A stretch of 64,000 nt of DNA, taken from assembly GCA_009859145.1 (NCBI GenBank), contig VRVR01000038.1:62001-126000 (forward strand), written 5' to 3'. The translations under genes and the position numbers were made by a program. This stretch comes from Andalucia godoyi And28. Its lineage: Eukaryota > Protista > Jakobida. Below are positions 9,832-20,495 of this stretch, in pieces (within the stretch, counting starts at the first letter, position 1; the number at the start of each line of letters is the position of its first letter). A model generated the notes under the pieces. That model was not told where the DNA came from, did not search any database, and saw only the letters and a list, made by a program, of their open reading frames with translations.

Positions 9832-11715
9832 ATGTCGACGGGCGGATGTGCGTGGGTGACGGATGTTCGAGAGACGATGCTTCGGGAGAAGATTGGAGAT
9901 GGGCTTGGTGCATCGGAGCCGTTGACTGTGATGCAGCTGTTTGAGAAGACAGTTGCAGACCACCCGAGTGCCCCTGCATTGTGCTACAAGCCTAATGGGA
10001 ACGGAGAAGGGTCCGAATGGAAGCAAATTGTGTTTTCCGAGTACTTGGCGCTTGTTCGGCAGGTTGCTCGAGGACTGATTTCGCTGGGTGTTGAGCGATT
10101 CGATGCAGTCTCGATCCTTGCTTCGAACTCGTATCAGTGGTTCGTTGCGAATTACGCTGCGATTTACGCAGGTGCTATTGCAACTGGGATCTACATCACC
10201 AACGGATCCGACGCTGCATCGTTTATTGCACGGCACTCGGAATCCTCCGTCGTCATCGTGGACAGCGAGGCACAGCTCAGCAAGTTTGCAAACCACGAAC
10301 TGCCCAAGGTCCGTGCGTTTGTTTGTTGGCAGCCGGGCTTCAGCTCTCGGAAAATGCCGTCTGGAGTGACCGTGTATTCCTGGGAAGACCTGCTTGCGAT
10401 TGGATCGGACCAAGTCCAAGAAGACGGCCAGTATCGCCACCAGGCTCTCGCACGACAGCTGGAAGAACGCGTGGCATCCCAGACTCCTGGCCATTGCTGT
10501 ACTCTGATCTACACATCCGGAACTACAGGGACAGCAAAGGGTGTGATGATTTCCCATGATAACGTCACGTTTACGGCGCGTGCACTGGTGGAAACCATTG
10601 GGCTGAAGCCGGAAGACCGCGTTGTCTCGTATCTGCCACTGTCCCACATTGCTGCCCAGATCTTGGACATGCATGGTAGCATGGCTTCCGGTTGCAGTAT
10701 CTGGTTCGCACGGCCAGATGCGCTTCGTGGAACCTTGGTCGTCACATTGAACGAAGTTCATCCGACGGTTTTCTTGGGAGTTCCGCGTGTTTGGGAGCGA
10801 TTCCACGAGACGTTTCGTAATATTCCTGGAATCTCCGGTGCCATTGTGCGATCGAAACTGGGTCTTGACAAGTGCCGTCTTGAATTCACTTCCGCAGCAC
10901 CAATTGCCAGAGAAACTCTTCTATGGTTTGCCTCGATCAACATTTCGCTTCTCGAGATTTTCGGGATGTCCGAGCTCACGGGCCCTGCAACGTTCTCGCT
11001 GCTGACTGGGAACCAGTACAAGCTTGGAACCTGCGGCGTGCCGATGTGCGGCACAGAAATCAAGATTGCAGAACCGGTGGACGCGGACGGCATCGGAGAA
11101 ATTGTGTTTCGGGGACGCCATGTGTTCATGGGATACTTTAAGAACCCAGAGGATACGTCAGCGATGATCGATGCAGATGGATATGCGCATTCAGGGGATC
11201 TTGGCGCGTTCGAGGACTCCAAGTTGGTGATTCGTGGCCGCCTGAAGGAACTGATCATCACTGCGGGAGGCGAGAATGTCGCGCCTGTGTTTGTTGAACA
11301 CCTCATCAAGGAGGCTTTGCCACAGCTTGTCGCAAACTGCATGGTTATTGGTGACCGACGAAAATTCATAAGTGCCGTCATGACGCTAAGGACGGTCCCG
11401 GATGCTGCCACCGGACAGCCAACGAAAACGCTGATTCCGCAGATTGTTTCCATCCTCGAAGCTGCGGGAAGTTGCTCCAAGACTTCGACCGAAGCTGCGA
11501 CAGACCCAGTGGTCCTGCGACTGGTTCAGCAAGGTGTCGATTCTGCAAACCTAAAGGCTGTGTCCCAAGCGCAGCAGATCAAAAAGTTTGCGATCCTCGA
11601 AAATGATTTCTCGATCGGAGGAGGTGAGCTGACCCCTACCATGAAGCTCAAGCGGAAGGTCGTTGCTGAAAGGTACGCAGCTCTGATCGACTCCATGTAT
11701 CTTACCGTCGAATGA
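9832..11715 (+). CDS. ACSBG: Long-chain acyl-CoA synthetase, bubblegum (ACSBG) family
   Basis: YTSGTTGTAKGVMISHDN, YLPLSHIAAQ, FGMSE, GRLKELIITAGGENVAP, GGELTPTMKLKR. Confidence 0.92.
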   Translation: MSTGGCAWVTDVRETMLREKIGDGLGASEPLTVMQLFEKTVADHPSAPALCYKPNGNGEGSEWKQIVFSEYLALVRQVARGLISLGVERFDAVSILASNSYQWFVANYAAIYAGAIATGIYITNGSDAASFIARHSESSVVIVDSEAQLSKFANHELPKVRAFVCWQPGFSSRKMPSGVTVYSWEDLLAIGSDQVQEDGQYRHQALARQLEERVASQTPGHCCTLIYTSGTTGTAKGVMISHDNVTFTARALVETIGLKPEDRVVSYLPLSHIAAQILDMHGSMASGCSIWFARPDALRGTLVVTLNEVHPTVFLGVPRVWERFHETFRNIPGISGAIVRSKLGLDKCRLEFTSAAPIARETLLWFASINISLLEIFGMSELTGPATFSLLTGNQYKLGTCGVPMCGTEIKIAEPVDADGIGEIVFRGRHVFMGYFKNPEDTSAMIDADGYAHSGDLGAFEDSKLVIRGRLKELIITAGGENVAPVFVEHLIKEALPQLVANCMVIGDRRKFISAVMTLRTVPDAATGQPTKTLIPQIVSILEAAGSCSKTSTEAATDPVVLRLVQQGVDSANLKAVSQAQQIKKFAILENDFSIGGGELTPTMKLKRKVVAERYAALIDSMYLTVE

Positions 11716-12057
11716 TCACCTGAGATGTTTATGGTGTGAGCCCATCTGTAATGCTCTTTGTGCGTTTTTGTGGGGGGCTTGACGTGTGGCTTCATGTTTG
11801 GTGCTGGATGCTCTTGCTGCTGGATGTCATGGTGTGGTCTTTCTCGTTCGTCTGCGTTGTTGCCTCGATTCGTATTTTCGGGTTTGTTTTGTTTTGTTTT
11901 TTTTCGTTTTCGTTATTTTCCATAGTAAAATATTTTCTATTTAAAAAATTGAAAAAATACTGCTAAGAGCACCATTTATGTGTGCGTACCATTGAACAAT
12001 CAACGTACGAGCACTCTCATCGTTCATCGTTCAAAACAGAAGAAATGCACGATGATG

Positions 12058-13422
12058 CTAGCACCCCGAGTACGGAACATGCTGATCACGAACGAGCGTG
12101 ATGGAATCGACGACGGTGCCGTTCACTGCAACCTGCTCCCACAGCAAGGATGACGCGTTAAGAACCTCCATTCTCGAGTACCCGTAATCCTGGATGCGAA
12201 CAGCAGACCATGGCCCAAGACCTTTCGGACCGAAGCCATCGAGGTCTTCGGGACCACCACCCGATCCTGAAATGATGTGCACCATACCGTTGGGGTTCGT
12301 GTATGGGGCATTCGGATCCGAGACACACACTCTGGAATCATACACTGGGAACGATCGTTCATACGAATGTTCGTGAGCAGCAATGTACATGTCCACTCCA
12401 AAGGAGTATAAAAGCTTCTCGAGGCCGTTGCGTCCTGCTCGAAGCTTCAGAGAATCCTTTGTGCAATCTTTGTATTCGTGCAGCCCATTCCCGCTGCTTT
12501 GCACTCTCGTTCCCCCAGCATTTTGGTCGACCGTCAGCGAGATATCCGAGCAATACATTGGCCGGTGGGCATATACAATAATCCACGGACGAACAGCGCG
12601 TGAAGCTGCCGACGCAGCGTCCACGAGGTCTCTCTTCAACCACGCCATCTGGCGATCTTCAAGACCGGGATACCAAGGGTCAAAGTAAGCCTCGGACGAG
12701 AGCGAAACGAAATGCACCGGGCCGACGTTGAATGAAAAGTAAAACTCGTTCTCGGGAGCGTAATTATAAAAGCGGTGAAGGTACTGCAAGAATGCATACC
12801 CGGCTTCGTGGTTTCCGGGAGTTGACGACACCTGCATTATCGAGGTGATGGGCTCGATCATTCGAAAGAATGCATCTGCGACTCGTCCTTCGTCGTCCTG
12901 CAGATCATACCCATAGTCCCCAAGCGTCACCACCGCATCGAAGTTTCCAGACTTTGCATCATGAATCAGCATGGGCAGTGCTCGGGCATTCACAGACCCC
13001 ATGTCTCCCCAAAGCAAAATTTTTGGGTTCGGAAGTTGCGCGTGATCACCGATCGTCCGGAATGACTTGATCTCGGAAAACTCCTGCTTTCCCGCGCTAC
13101 TCACCTGATAGTATACTGTGGTACGCGCCGAGAGCCCGATCATCGCCGCTCGGACAATATTTGTTTCTCGCAACGAGCCCGGGTTCACAAACAAGCTCCA
13201 GTGCCCGACCACCGACATCGTCAGCTCACTCGGGGAGTATCCGTACTTCACAATGTGGTCGCCGAACGACAGCGTCACGTTCGCATCCACCCACGAAACA
13301 AGAACTTCTGTCGGGTCCTTTCCAAACGAAAGATGAACCTGCTCCGGAACCCCAAACACCAAACACGGTCCTAAAACACCCAGAAAAAGCAAAACTGCAC
13401 CGAGAGAACAAGAAGCTCGCAT
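12058..13422 (-). CDS. Secreted purple acid phosphatase (ACP7-like)
   Basis: Signal peptide, PEQVHLS, GDMG, GDYGY, GNHE, HRPMY, AHEHSYER. Confidence 0.92.
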   Translation of the reverse strand: MRASCSLGAVLLFLGVLGPCLVFGVPEQVHLSFGKDPTEVLVSWVDANVTLSFGDHIVKYGYSPSELTMSVVGHWSLFVNPGSLRETNIVRAAMIGLSARTTVYYQVSSAGKQEFSEIKSFRTIGDHAQLPNPKILLWGDMGSVNARALPMLIHDAKSGNFDAVVTLGDYGYDLQDDEGRVADAFFRMIEPITSIMQVSSTPGNHEAGYAFLQYLHRFYNYAPENEFYFSFNVGPVHFVSLSSEAYFDPWYPGLEDRQMAWLKRDLVDAASAASRAVRPWIIVYAHRPMYCSDISLTVDQNAGGTRVQSSGNGLHEYKDCTKDSLKLRAGRNGLEKLLYSFGVDMYIAAHEHSYERSFPVYDSRVCVSDPNAPYTNPNGMVHIISGSGGGPEDLDGFGPKGLGPWSAVRIQDYGYSRMEVLNASSLLWEQVAVNGTVVDSITLVRDQHVPYSGC

Positions 13423-13777
13423 CCTTTCCTTCTCTCACCACCTCTCTTGAAAACCCGCTTGATTCCCTCCTCCTTTTCCTCCTGCTTACCTTTTTCCCTT
13501 CTCGAAGCCTTAAAATCACGAGCTATGTGGAGAAAAACAAGTTGATATTCACACACACACGCACACCACATGAAAAGCAGGATTTTGAGTGGAAGAGGAG
13601 CCTCGTTCTGACACCAAAGTGCGTTTGGAATTCGCGATGGCGTTTCGCCATCTTTCACTTTTGCGTGTTTTCTTTTTTTTTCTTTTCTTTTTTGGTTTTG
13701 TTTTCTTTTTTTTTTTTTTAAATAGGAAGCGTACGAAGATCATCGTTCATGGTTGTGAAGAATCAGACAAGGGAAAA

Positions 13778-14413
13778 ATGGGACCCCCGAAAGGAGTTGA
13801 TCTGACGAATCGCAGAAAGTTCCGCGTTGAAGATTTCGAGTCTGTGAATGTGAAACCAAACGAAGCCTTTTCCACATCGTTTGCGTCAGCATCAGTGAAG
13901 TATTCGTCGTTAAAGGGTCGGGTGGATCCGCTGGATCTCGAGTCGAATGTGGGGAAGTCGCTGTTGGTGGATGCGAGTGCGCCTGTTCATAAACAGGGAG
14001 GGTATTTCTGTGCAGTGTGCAACACGAGTACGAAAGACAGCGCGTCGTGGCTTGACCATTTGAATGGGCGCAAGCATCTGCAGAATCTCGGAATGAGCAG
14101 GAAAGTAGAACACTCGTCCGTCGATGAAGTTGCTTTGAAACTATCCGGTCCAAAACAGCACGGCCCTGCACGTCCTTCTCTGCAATGCATGACAAAACAA
14201 GACCACGCCGAACTGTCCCCTCCGCCGTCATCCACTGCCGGCGACGGGGACGGGGACGGGGACGGGGAGCGTCCGAGGAAGCTACCGAAGAGATCAAGCG
14301 GAGATGGAAGAATAGGAAAGAGCGCCGCAGTGGCCGTGCACGAGGACGCGAGCGACGATCAGATGATGGCGCAGTTTGGGTTCGGTGGGTTTGGATCGTC
14401 TCGAAAGTCATAG
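13778..14413 (+). CDS. ZMAT2: Spliceosomal zinc finger matrin-type protein (ZMAT2/Snu23)
   Basis: GGYFCAVCNTSTKDSASWLDHLNGRKHLQNLGMS; C-terminal MMAQFGFGGFGSS; likely start at 13778. Confidence 0.88.
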   Translation: MGPPKGVDLTNRRKFRVEDFESVNVKPNEAFSTSFASASVKYSSLKGRVDPLDLESNVGKSLLVDASAPVHKQGGYFCAVCNTSTKDSASWLDHLNGRKHLQNLGMSRKVEHSSVDEVALKLSGPKQHGPARPSLQCMTKQDHAELSPPPSSTAGDGDGDGDGERPRKLPKRSSGDGRIGKSAAVAVHEDASDDQMMAQFGFGGFGSSRKS

Positions 14414-14708
14414 CCCAGTCTTCCTCTTTCTCTCTTCCACTTCTTCCTTCTTCTTCTTCAGCGTCGATATCCGCATTTCCTCGACATCATGCCCTGTGTG
14501 TCAACTGGCGTGCGTGAACGGCCAAAGTTCGCGGCCAGGACATCCCCAAACTCTCTTAATCGACTGTACGAGTCTGTGCAGCACTGCTTCACGAGACGAG
14601 GCATTTTTTGATTGCTTTGTTCGTCTTTTTGTTGTACAGTACTGTGGTATCAAAGTAAAAGTAGAAGAAGAAGGAAACGGGGAGAGGCGGAAAGAGCAGA
14701 AATAAAGA

Positions 14709-16562
14709 ATGAGTGAAGCGATGATCATCGACGAAGAAGCCACGACTTCCATGGCTTCCTTGCCGCGTTCTCTCGACGATCTCCGCGTTTTTATTCAAAA
14801 AATTCATGTTTTGAACGCTGATATTTATGCACTTAAAAAACAGCAACATCAACAGCAGCGGCAGCATGAAGATACGTCGTCGTCGTCCTCGTTATGGGCA
14901 GAGCAGTTGAAGAGTCTTGAGCTGGACTCTGTTGTTCTTCATGCAGAACTTCGCACCGTATTTCAGACCATTTGGGTATCTTTCGGCCCGTCGTTCTTTT
15001 CCATGCAGAATCATGAAGAAAAATCGCTCCGAATTGATGCGGAAATCCGCCGGCGAAAGTCTCTGGATTCCAATCGATATGCTTTACAATGCAAGCTCCA
15101 CGAATTGCAGACGATGGCGCTCAAGCTAGCGTCGAAGACATCCGATACGGACATTGTCTCCCTCTCTGAATTGCAAAAAATGGGTGTTTTGATCGATGGA
15201 TTGAGTGCAGAGGCCGTGTTTTCAAGGCAGGCGGAAGCAGAGTTCGAGCTGCGCAAGGCCACCATGAGCAAACTCGAAGATCTGCGGTTGCGCATCCGGC
15301 TAGTTCAGGATGATTCTGCGAAAATGAGCTCGGTGCTTGACGGCATGTCCGCGTATTTCCAAAGAATTCATGCTGCTGCGCTTCCTTTGCATACTGCGCT
15401 GTTCTCAATCCCCTCGTTCCAGCAATCCGTCTATTCCTCACAAATGACACTTGTCCAGAGCTTGCCTCGGCCGTTGTACACGCTCTATTTTGATGCATGG
15501 AACACCGCGGAACAGCAGAAACGCGACAAGGGTGCCGCTGATTTTTTGCTAAGTGTCCAAGGCGAATTGGACGCTGCCATTCGCTTCAACCAAACAAGCG
15601 GAAATGGAAACGGGAATGGAACGAGGAATGGACTGCAGCAGCAGCAACAGCAAGAACAACACCCATTGTCGTTGGCGATCCAGTTCAAAAATGCGGTTGT
15701 TACGGTTAGTCTTTTTGTCCAATCAGGGAAAGTTGGCATCAAAGTAGGGTCGGTAGGCACAGCGTCGAATGTTCCGCTCCACGTTTTTGACGAGCTGTTC
15801 TTCTCAGGGGATCATGGACTCGTTGTGGGCGACGCTGTGGTGTATGAATGGGTGCAGAAGATTGCAAAAGTGAACTTGGAAGAACCGGTCAGCCCCGAGA
15901 ACTTCCGGCCGCAAATGATGGTGCAAGGCAGGACTGATATGACGTTTTCAAACTTTATCCGTGTTGCGCAGCTGCGATTCGCGTCGTTTGCGTCGTTTTC
16001 AAGAATGGTGGATGATTTGGCAGCACGGCGGCTTCCGAACCGCGATCGCTGGGAGTATCCTCGAGACGGCGTTGTTTCTGCCTTTGAGTTTCGTGGCAGT
16101 CATGGTCAGCAAAGCAGCCACAGCTACAAGCCCTCGTTTGCACCGCCTGAAATTGCGAAGCTGACCCTCAAAGTCAGAGACTGCTCCGTGGATCTGCAGC
16201 TCTCACTCTATGCATCTTATCCATTCACGCAGCCGCTCATCACTGCGCTCGAAACGCATGTTGCAAATGCCGGTCTGACACTCTCCTCGCTGCGATCGAT
16301 AAATGTCAGCGAACTGTGCAAACACAACACGGAAAATCTGAATCGCGTCCTCCGAGCCCTCGACGCGGTCATTTCCTCCTCTGACGCCGACGGCCTCGAA
16401 AAGAGGCTCGATGTGATCCTGGACTATCTCAGATCGCTGTGCGAGTTCATTCAAAACCCAGTCGCTCGATCCGCAGTCACCTCTCTTTCTTCCTCCTCGG
16501 CTCTGGCCAATCGCGTAGTTATCACCTTGCCGCCCGCAGCCTCCCTCCCTGGTCCATACTGA
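14709..16562 (+). CDS. THOC5: THO complex subunit 5-like
   Basis: N-terminal coiled coil; QSLPRPLYTLY, VQGELDAAIRF and HPLSLAI segments resemble THOC5/FMIP. Confidence 0.65.
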   Translation: MSEAMIIDEEATTSMASLPRSLDDLRVFIQKIHVLNADIYALKKQQHQQQRQHEDTSSSSSLWAEQLKSLELDSVVLHAELRTVFQTIWVSFGPSFFSMQNHEEKSLRIDAEIRRRKSLDSNRYALQCKLHELQTMALKLASKTSDTDIVSLSELQKMGVLIDGLSAEAVFSRQAEAEFELRKATMSKLEDLRLRIRLVQDDSAKMSSVLDGMSAYFQRIHAAALPLHTALFSIPSFQQSVYSSQMTLVQSLPRPLYTLYFDAWNTAEQQKRDKGAADFLLSVQGELDAAIRFNQTSGNGNGNGTRNGLQQQQQQEQHPLSLAIQFKNAVVTVSLFVQSGKVGIKVGSVGTASNVPLHVFDELFFSGDHGLVVGDAVVYEWVQKIAKVNLEEPVSPENFRPQMMVQGRTDMTFSNFIRVAQLRFASFASFSRMVDDLAARRLPNRDRWEYPRDGVVSAFEFRGSHGQQSSHSYKPSFAPPEIAKLTLKVRDCSVDLQLSLYASYPFTQPLITALETHVANAGLTLSSLRSINVSELCKHNTENLNRVLRALDAVISSSDADGLEKRLDVILDYLRSLCEFIQNPVARSAVTSLSSSSALANRVVITLPPAASLPGPY

Positions 16563-16660
16563 TCCTCCCCCCATCATCGTCTGAGACCTGAGCACTGTAT
16601 GGTCGGTCCAAGTGTGGAAGAAGAAGTGAAAGTAAATCGTGTAAAGAACATTGACGCCTA

Positions 16661-16790
16661 CATTGCACGCTAACCACGAATGATCATCGCCGATCACCCA
16701 TAATCAATGTTGCGACCCAACAAAATGCATGGCATTGATTGGGAACGGGATAGGCCCCAACACGCCCCTCGGCATGAGAGACGTTCCTAA
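16661..16790 (-). ncRNA. Candidate omega-RNA scaffold of the divergent Fanzor element
   Basis: Follows the RuvC-III codons; GGCGTGTTGGGGCCTATCCC core shared with the 563-bp copies; 15-bp stem 16671-16706 that pairs fully only as minus-strand RNA (6 G-U pairs). Confidence 0.6.
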
Positions 16791-17416
16791 GATAGATGTA
16801 GATGTTGCGCGCGCCGTTCCAATCGCGGTGGATCGTGCATTTGCACGACGGGCAACAAAACACACCTTGCCTCCATACACCTTGCGATGCATTTCCCCCC
16901 GCAACGGCTGCACGCTTTAGATGTGCACTCCTCCGTCACAAGTCACAATCGACACCTGCCGTCCCCGCGAATTAGCACGGTTTTTGCAGAGCAGCCGCTG
17001 TTGGAATTGATGACGGCCCCCATGTCAACATCTGCCGCGCAGTTGTCGCCTTGGTGATCTTCGAAGACAGGGATCCAGCGCAATCACGCGCTTGACAAGC
17101 GGCTGTGGGATGCAGAGGAAATGCGCGCTGTGCTGAGCCATCTTCACCTTCACTGCTTTCGCTGCGGGCTCTGTTTGCGTCTGTTTTCGGCGCTGCGCTG
17201 TCCGTTGTGGCAGGCAACGAAGCAGGTGGTGATGGCGCGTTCGACGTCTGCGCGGCAGTGCATGCGATTGGAGCCGGCGTGGATGCTGCGGATCTTTCCG
17301 CCGGCGGTGGAGACGCCATCGGTGTTGCGCAGCGTTGCGGGCGTGACGTACATGGTGCGTGGCAGTGTGTTTGTTTTACGTGCGCTTTGGGTTGCTTCAT
17401 CATATCGCAATAAGTG
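16661..17416 (-). mobile_element. Degenerate, multiply internally deleted Fanzor2/TnpB (IS607-like) element
   Basis: Minus strand, across frameshifts: AAKAVKVKM (start of the HTH region), HFLCIP..KRVIALDP (RuvC-I, 17070-17087), KITKATTARQMLTW, TSKACSRCG and CPSCKC (zinc finger, 16837-16924), HRDWNGARNI (RuvC-III, 16801-16830). Nucleotide similarity to the 563-bp elements at both ends. Confidence 0.88.
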
Positions 17417-17790
17417 GTAACGGTGTTGCAGTTCGTGCCGTAAAAAATCCCCAACGACTGTAAGCAAACAAGAAACCCCTAACGACGGGCAACTGCGAAG
17501 AAGGCGTGTCAGTCAGTCGTCAGCCCATGACATCCCCCAATGACATTATCCAATTTGTCGTTGTTGACCACCATCCGTATAGCAACTGTGCATTTTTCTC
17601 ACCGAAAGCATCAAAAAGACGTGATCATTCGGCCCATCCTTTCTCCGTCTTTTCCGTCTTTCCGTCTTTTCGACCTTCTCTTCTTTTCTTCTTATTGACA
17701 TTCTTCCTTTTCGTATTGTTTTTTATTTCCTTCTTTTTTTTTTTCACACTCTTATTCTGACTCTATCCGACATTTGCGTAGAAGGTAAAC

Positions 17791-18360
17791 ATGGACTCGA
17801 TCAAGTGTGTGACGGTAGGAGACGGTGCGGTGGGTAAGACATGTATGCTTATTTCGTATGCAAACAACCAGTTTCCGGAGGACTATGTCCCGACGGTGTT
17901 TGACAACTACACTGCGAATGTGATGGTTGATAGCCAGGCAATTTCGCTGGGACTGTGGGATACTGCGGGCCAGGAAGACTATGATCGTCTGCGTCCGCTT
18001 GCGTATCCTGGAACGGACATTTTCATTGTGTGCTTTTCGCTTGTTGCGCCTGCTTCGCTTAAAAACGTAGAGACAAAGTGGTGGCCGGAGCTCAAGCATA
18101 ATGCAGCAGATACCCCAATTGTGCTCGTTGGACTTAAGCTCGATCTCCGCAACGACGAGGCGTTCTGCAGAGAAAAGGGACTCACTCGCATCTCCAAGGA
18201 AGAGGGCCAGAGGATGGCCGACAAGCTCGGTGCCGCTGCATACGTGGAATGTTCAGCCAAGACGCAGGAGGGGCTCAAGGAGGCATTCGACAAGACCATT
18301 CAAGTCGTGCTCCACCCACCAAAGCAACAGAAGAAGAAGAAGGGATGCATGATTCTGTAA
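17791..18360 (+). CDS. RAC: Rac-type Rho GTPase
   Basis: [32 protein letters not shown], polybasic tail and CaaX (KKKKGCMIL). Confidence 0.96.
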   Translation: MDSIKCVTVGDGAVGKTCMLISYANNQFPEDYVPTVFDNYTANVMVDSQAISLGLWDTAGQEDYDRLRPLAYPGTDIFIVCFSLVAPASLKNVETKWWPELKHNAADTPIVLVGLKLDLRNDEAFCREKGLTRISKEEGQRMADKLGAAAYVECSAKTQEGLKEAFDKTIQVVLHPPKQQKKKKGCMIL

Positions 18361-18486
18361 GTACGACGTGACAATGATCCTGATGACGATGATATAAAGT
18401 AGCAAATTTGATGTTGAAAAGGAAGAAGAGTACTGCTGGATTTTATTCAAATATTCGTTGTTTGTGTGTTGTGTTTTGTCTTTTGG

Positions 18487-20064
18487 TTAATAATACCGAG
18501 GGATGTGGCGGGGAACTCCGCGCAAAGGAGTGTCTGTGGACTGGAGAGTGTGGGATATGGCGCACTCGCGAAGATGCCGAGTCCCGTGCTGCAGATCGCG
18601 GAATCGCTTGTCCCGGTGCCAGTTTTCGTCGTACTGCGTGGAACTCAGGTGCGAGATCGGATGCTTGAAGACTCGTGGATCGGCGCCACACAGATCTTCA
18701 AAGACCTTTTCTTGCGACTCGGGGACAAGCAGAGGAAGACTCCGGAGTCCAAGATCGCGGAACACGGCAAAGCGGTGCGTTCCATCGGTGAAGCGAACCA
18801 TGCACTCCGAAGACGGACCGCTCTGGAGGTTAGGAGTCGCAAGCCCAGAGTTGTGAGAAAAGCGAGCTGCACTGACAATGATTGGGACTGCCTCTGAGCT
18901 CGTTTGGTTCTTCAGCAGCCACCGACAAAACGTCTCACAACGCAGTCTGGAATCTTCTTTTCGCGAAAGCCGGCCTCCAAATCCAACGTACTTCACACTG
19001 TCGGCTTGGAAATACGGATCCAGACGCACAGGGTCCACATACACAAGACGCTTTCCCTTGTGCAGCGACGACTCAGAAACACCAAACCGAAACCCTGGCA
19101 CCAGCTTACCAAGAGTTTGGAACCCGAGGGACCTTCTAATTTTCTCTTCCGCTTGCCTAGTTCCTCCTTCTTCCACGGTCTGACTCGCAGATTCGAAACT
19201 GCACGACGATAACGACAGCGACGGCGACAGCGACGGCGACAGCGACGGCGACAGCGACGGCGACAGCGACGGCGACAGCGACGGCGATGGTGGAGACCGC
19301 TGCAAAACAGGGCTGGTTTGGCTGGATTCGCTGTCCGTATGCAACGACGAAGAGCTGCTGTTGAGAATCCGATGCAGTCTTGCAGGCAAACTTTCCGTCA
19401 GTGTGCCTGAAGAAGAACTTTGTGGATCTGTCGAGAACATGCCCGCACGGTGATCCTCGAGAACTGTCTGAACCGGTATCCTGATCCACGGGTTTTCCGC
19501 ATGCTCGACTGCATCCGGACAAAATCCAGACTCTCGGAACTCGGCAACGTCGCTACTTCGCACGAGAACCGGGACGTATGGAACGCGCAAATCTCGCAGT
19601 GCTGCGAACCGAGCTGCACCTTCCGTGAAAAAGATTGCAGTTTTCGTTTCCGTCTGATCGGTCCGTGTTTCCACTGATCGCGACGGAGGCGAAGGAGGCG
19701 ACCGGCTCCGAAACTGAGACCGTGATTGCAGTTCACCCCTTGAAGCTGCATCCATCGTGAAGCCCAGGGAAGACTGGCTTCGAAACAGTGCTGCGCATGT
19801 ATCGGGAGCACTATACTTGAGTCTGACGAGCCGGATACATGGGACCGAAATGCTGACGAAGGACTGCTGCTGAAACGACGATACGATTTTTTCGACTTTG
19901 GAGTCTTTCGAGTCTGGTGAAATGTACTTTCCTCGACATAGCTGGAACCCGCGATCCAGGTGATCGGTACATGCCCACACGACAGTTTGTGCCTGAAGAT
20001 GCGAAGCCTTGACTACGAACCTGAAATTTCGAGGTGGCTCGCTGTGTCTTTGAGTGGGGCGCAT
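18487..20064 (-). CDS. Hypothetical protein with two tandem ParB/sulfiredoxin-like domains
   Basis: Repeated motif FTEGAARFAALRDLRVPYVPVLV (about 19560-19632) and FTDGTHRFAVFRDLGLRSLPLLV (about 18720-18800); likely start MRPTQ at 20064. Confidence 0.62.
   Translation of the reverse strand: MRPTQRHSEPPRNFRFVVKASHLQAQTVVWACTDHLDRGFQLCRGKYISPDSKDSKVEKIVSSFQQQSFVSISVPCIRLVRLKYSAPDTCAALFRSQSSLGFTMDAASRGELQSRSQFRSRSPPSPPSRSVETRTDQTETKTAIFFTEGAARFAALRDLRVPYVPVLVRSSDVAEFRESGFCPDAVEHAENPWIRIPVQTVLEDHRAGMFSTDPQSSSSGTLTESLPARLHRILNSSSSSLHTDSESSQTSPVLQRSPPSPSLSPSLSPSLSPSLSPSLSPSLSLSSCSFESASQTVEEGGTRQAEEKIRRSLGFQTLGKLVPGFRFGVSESSLHKGKRLVYVDPVRLDPYFQADSVKYVGFGGRLSRKEDSRLRCETFCRWLLKNQTSSEAVPIIVSAARFSHNSGLATPNLQSGPSSECMVRFTDGTHRFAVFRDLGLRSLPLLVPESQEKVFEDLCGADPRVFKHPISHLSSTQYDENWHRDKRFRDLQHGTRHLRECAISHTLQSTDTPLRGVPRHIPRYY
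19213..19284. repeat. Six tandem 12-bp units (CGACAGCGACGG) encoding an (SPSL)n linker
   Basis: Exact tandem units read directly from the sequence. Confidence 0.95.
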
Positions 20065-20495
20065 GCAGGATACCGCCGAAAAACAAACGGTGAACAGAAC
20101 AGACACGAGAAATGTATAGCCAAAATCAGTGGGCAGCCATGCGTGTATGTCTGGATTAACTGATACTATTATTAAGAGATCTACATGCACGTCCTTCACT
20201 TCCTTCACTTCCTCGCTTGCTTCATTGGGTTGTAAATGCGACGCTGTCGGACCGTAATTGTGAAAACGACTGCTGTAAACACAATTCTACGAAAGTTTTC
20301 TCGAAAACAAACAGCAAACGGAGCCCAAGCAAACCACGAAAAGAAAGCCCATTCATTTTCGTTCGTTTCGTTGTTGGTGGCAGAAGATTGCTAAGAGAAG
20401 AAGAAAACATAAAGGAGAAAAGGGATCGAAAAATTCACATTCACGGTTCCACATTTTCAACAGCGGGGCGAAGTACGTACGAAGTCAGGTGAAGA

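Noticed and set aside
16972-17454. 160-aa minus-strand ORF as an intact gene
   Set aside because: It threads through different frames of the decayed Fanzor remnant; only KITKATTARQMLTW is in the ancestral frame.
19213-19284. CRISPR-like array
   Set aside because: Head-to-tail 12-mers with no spacers, in frame within a CDS.
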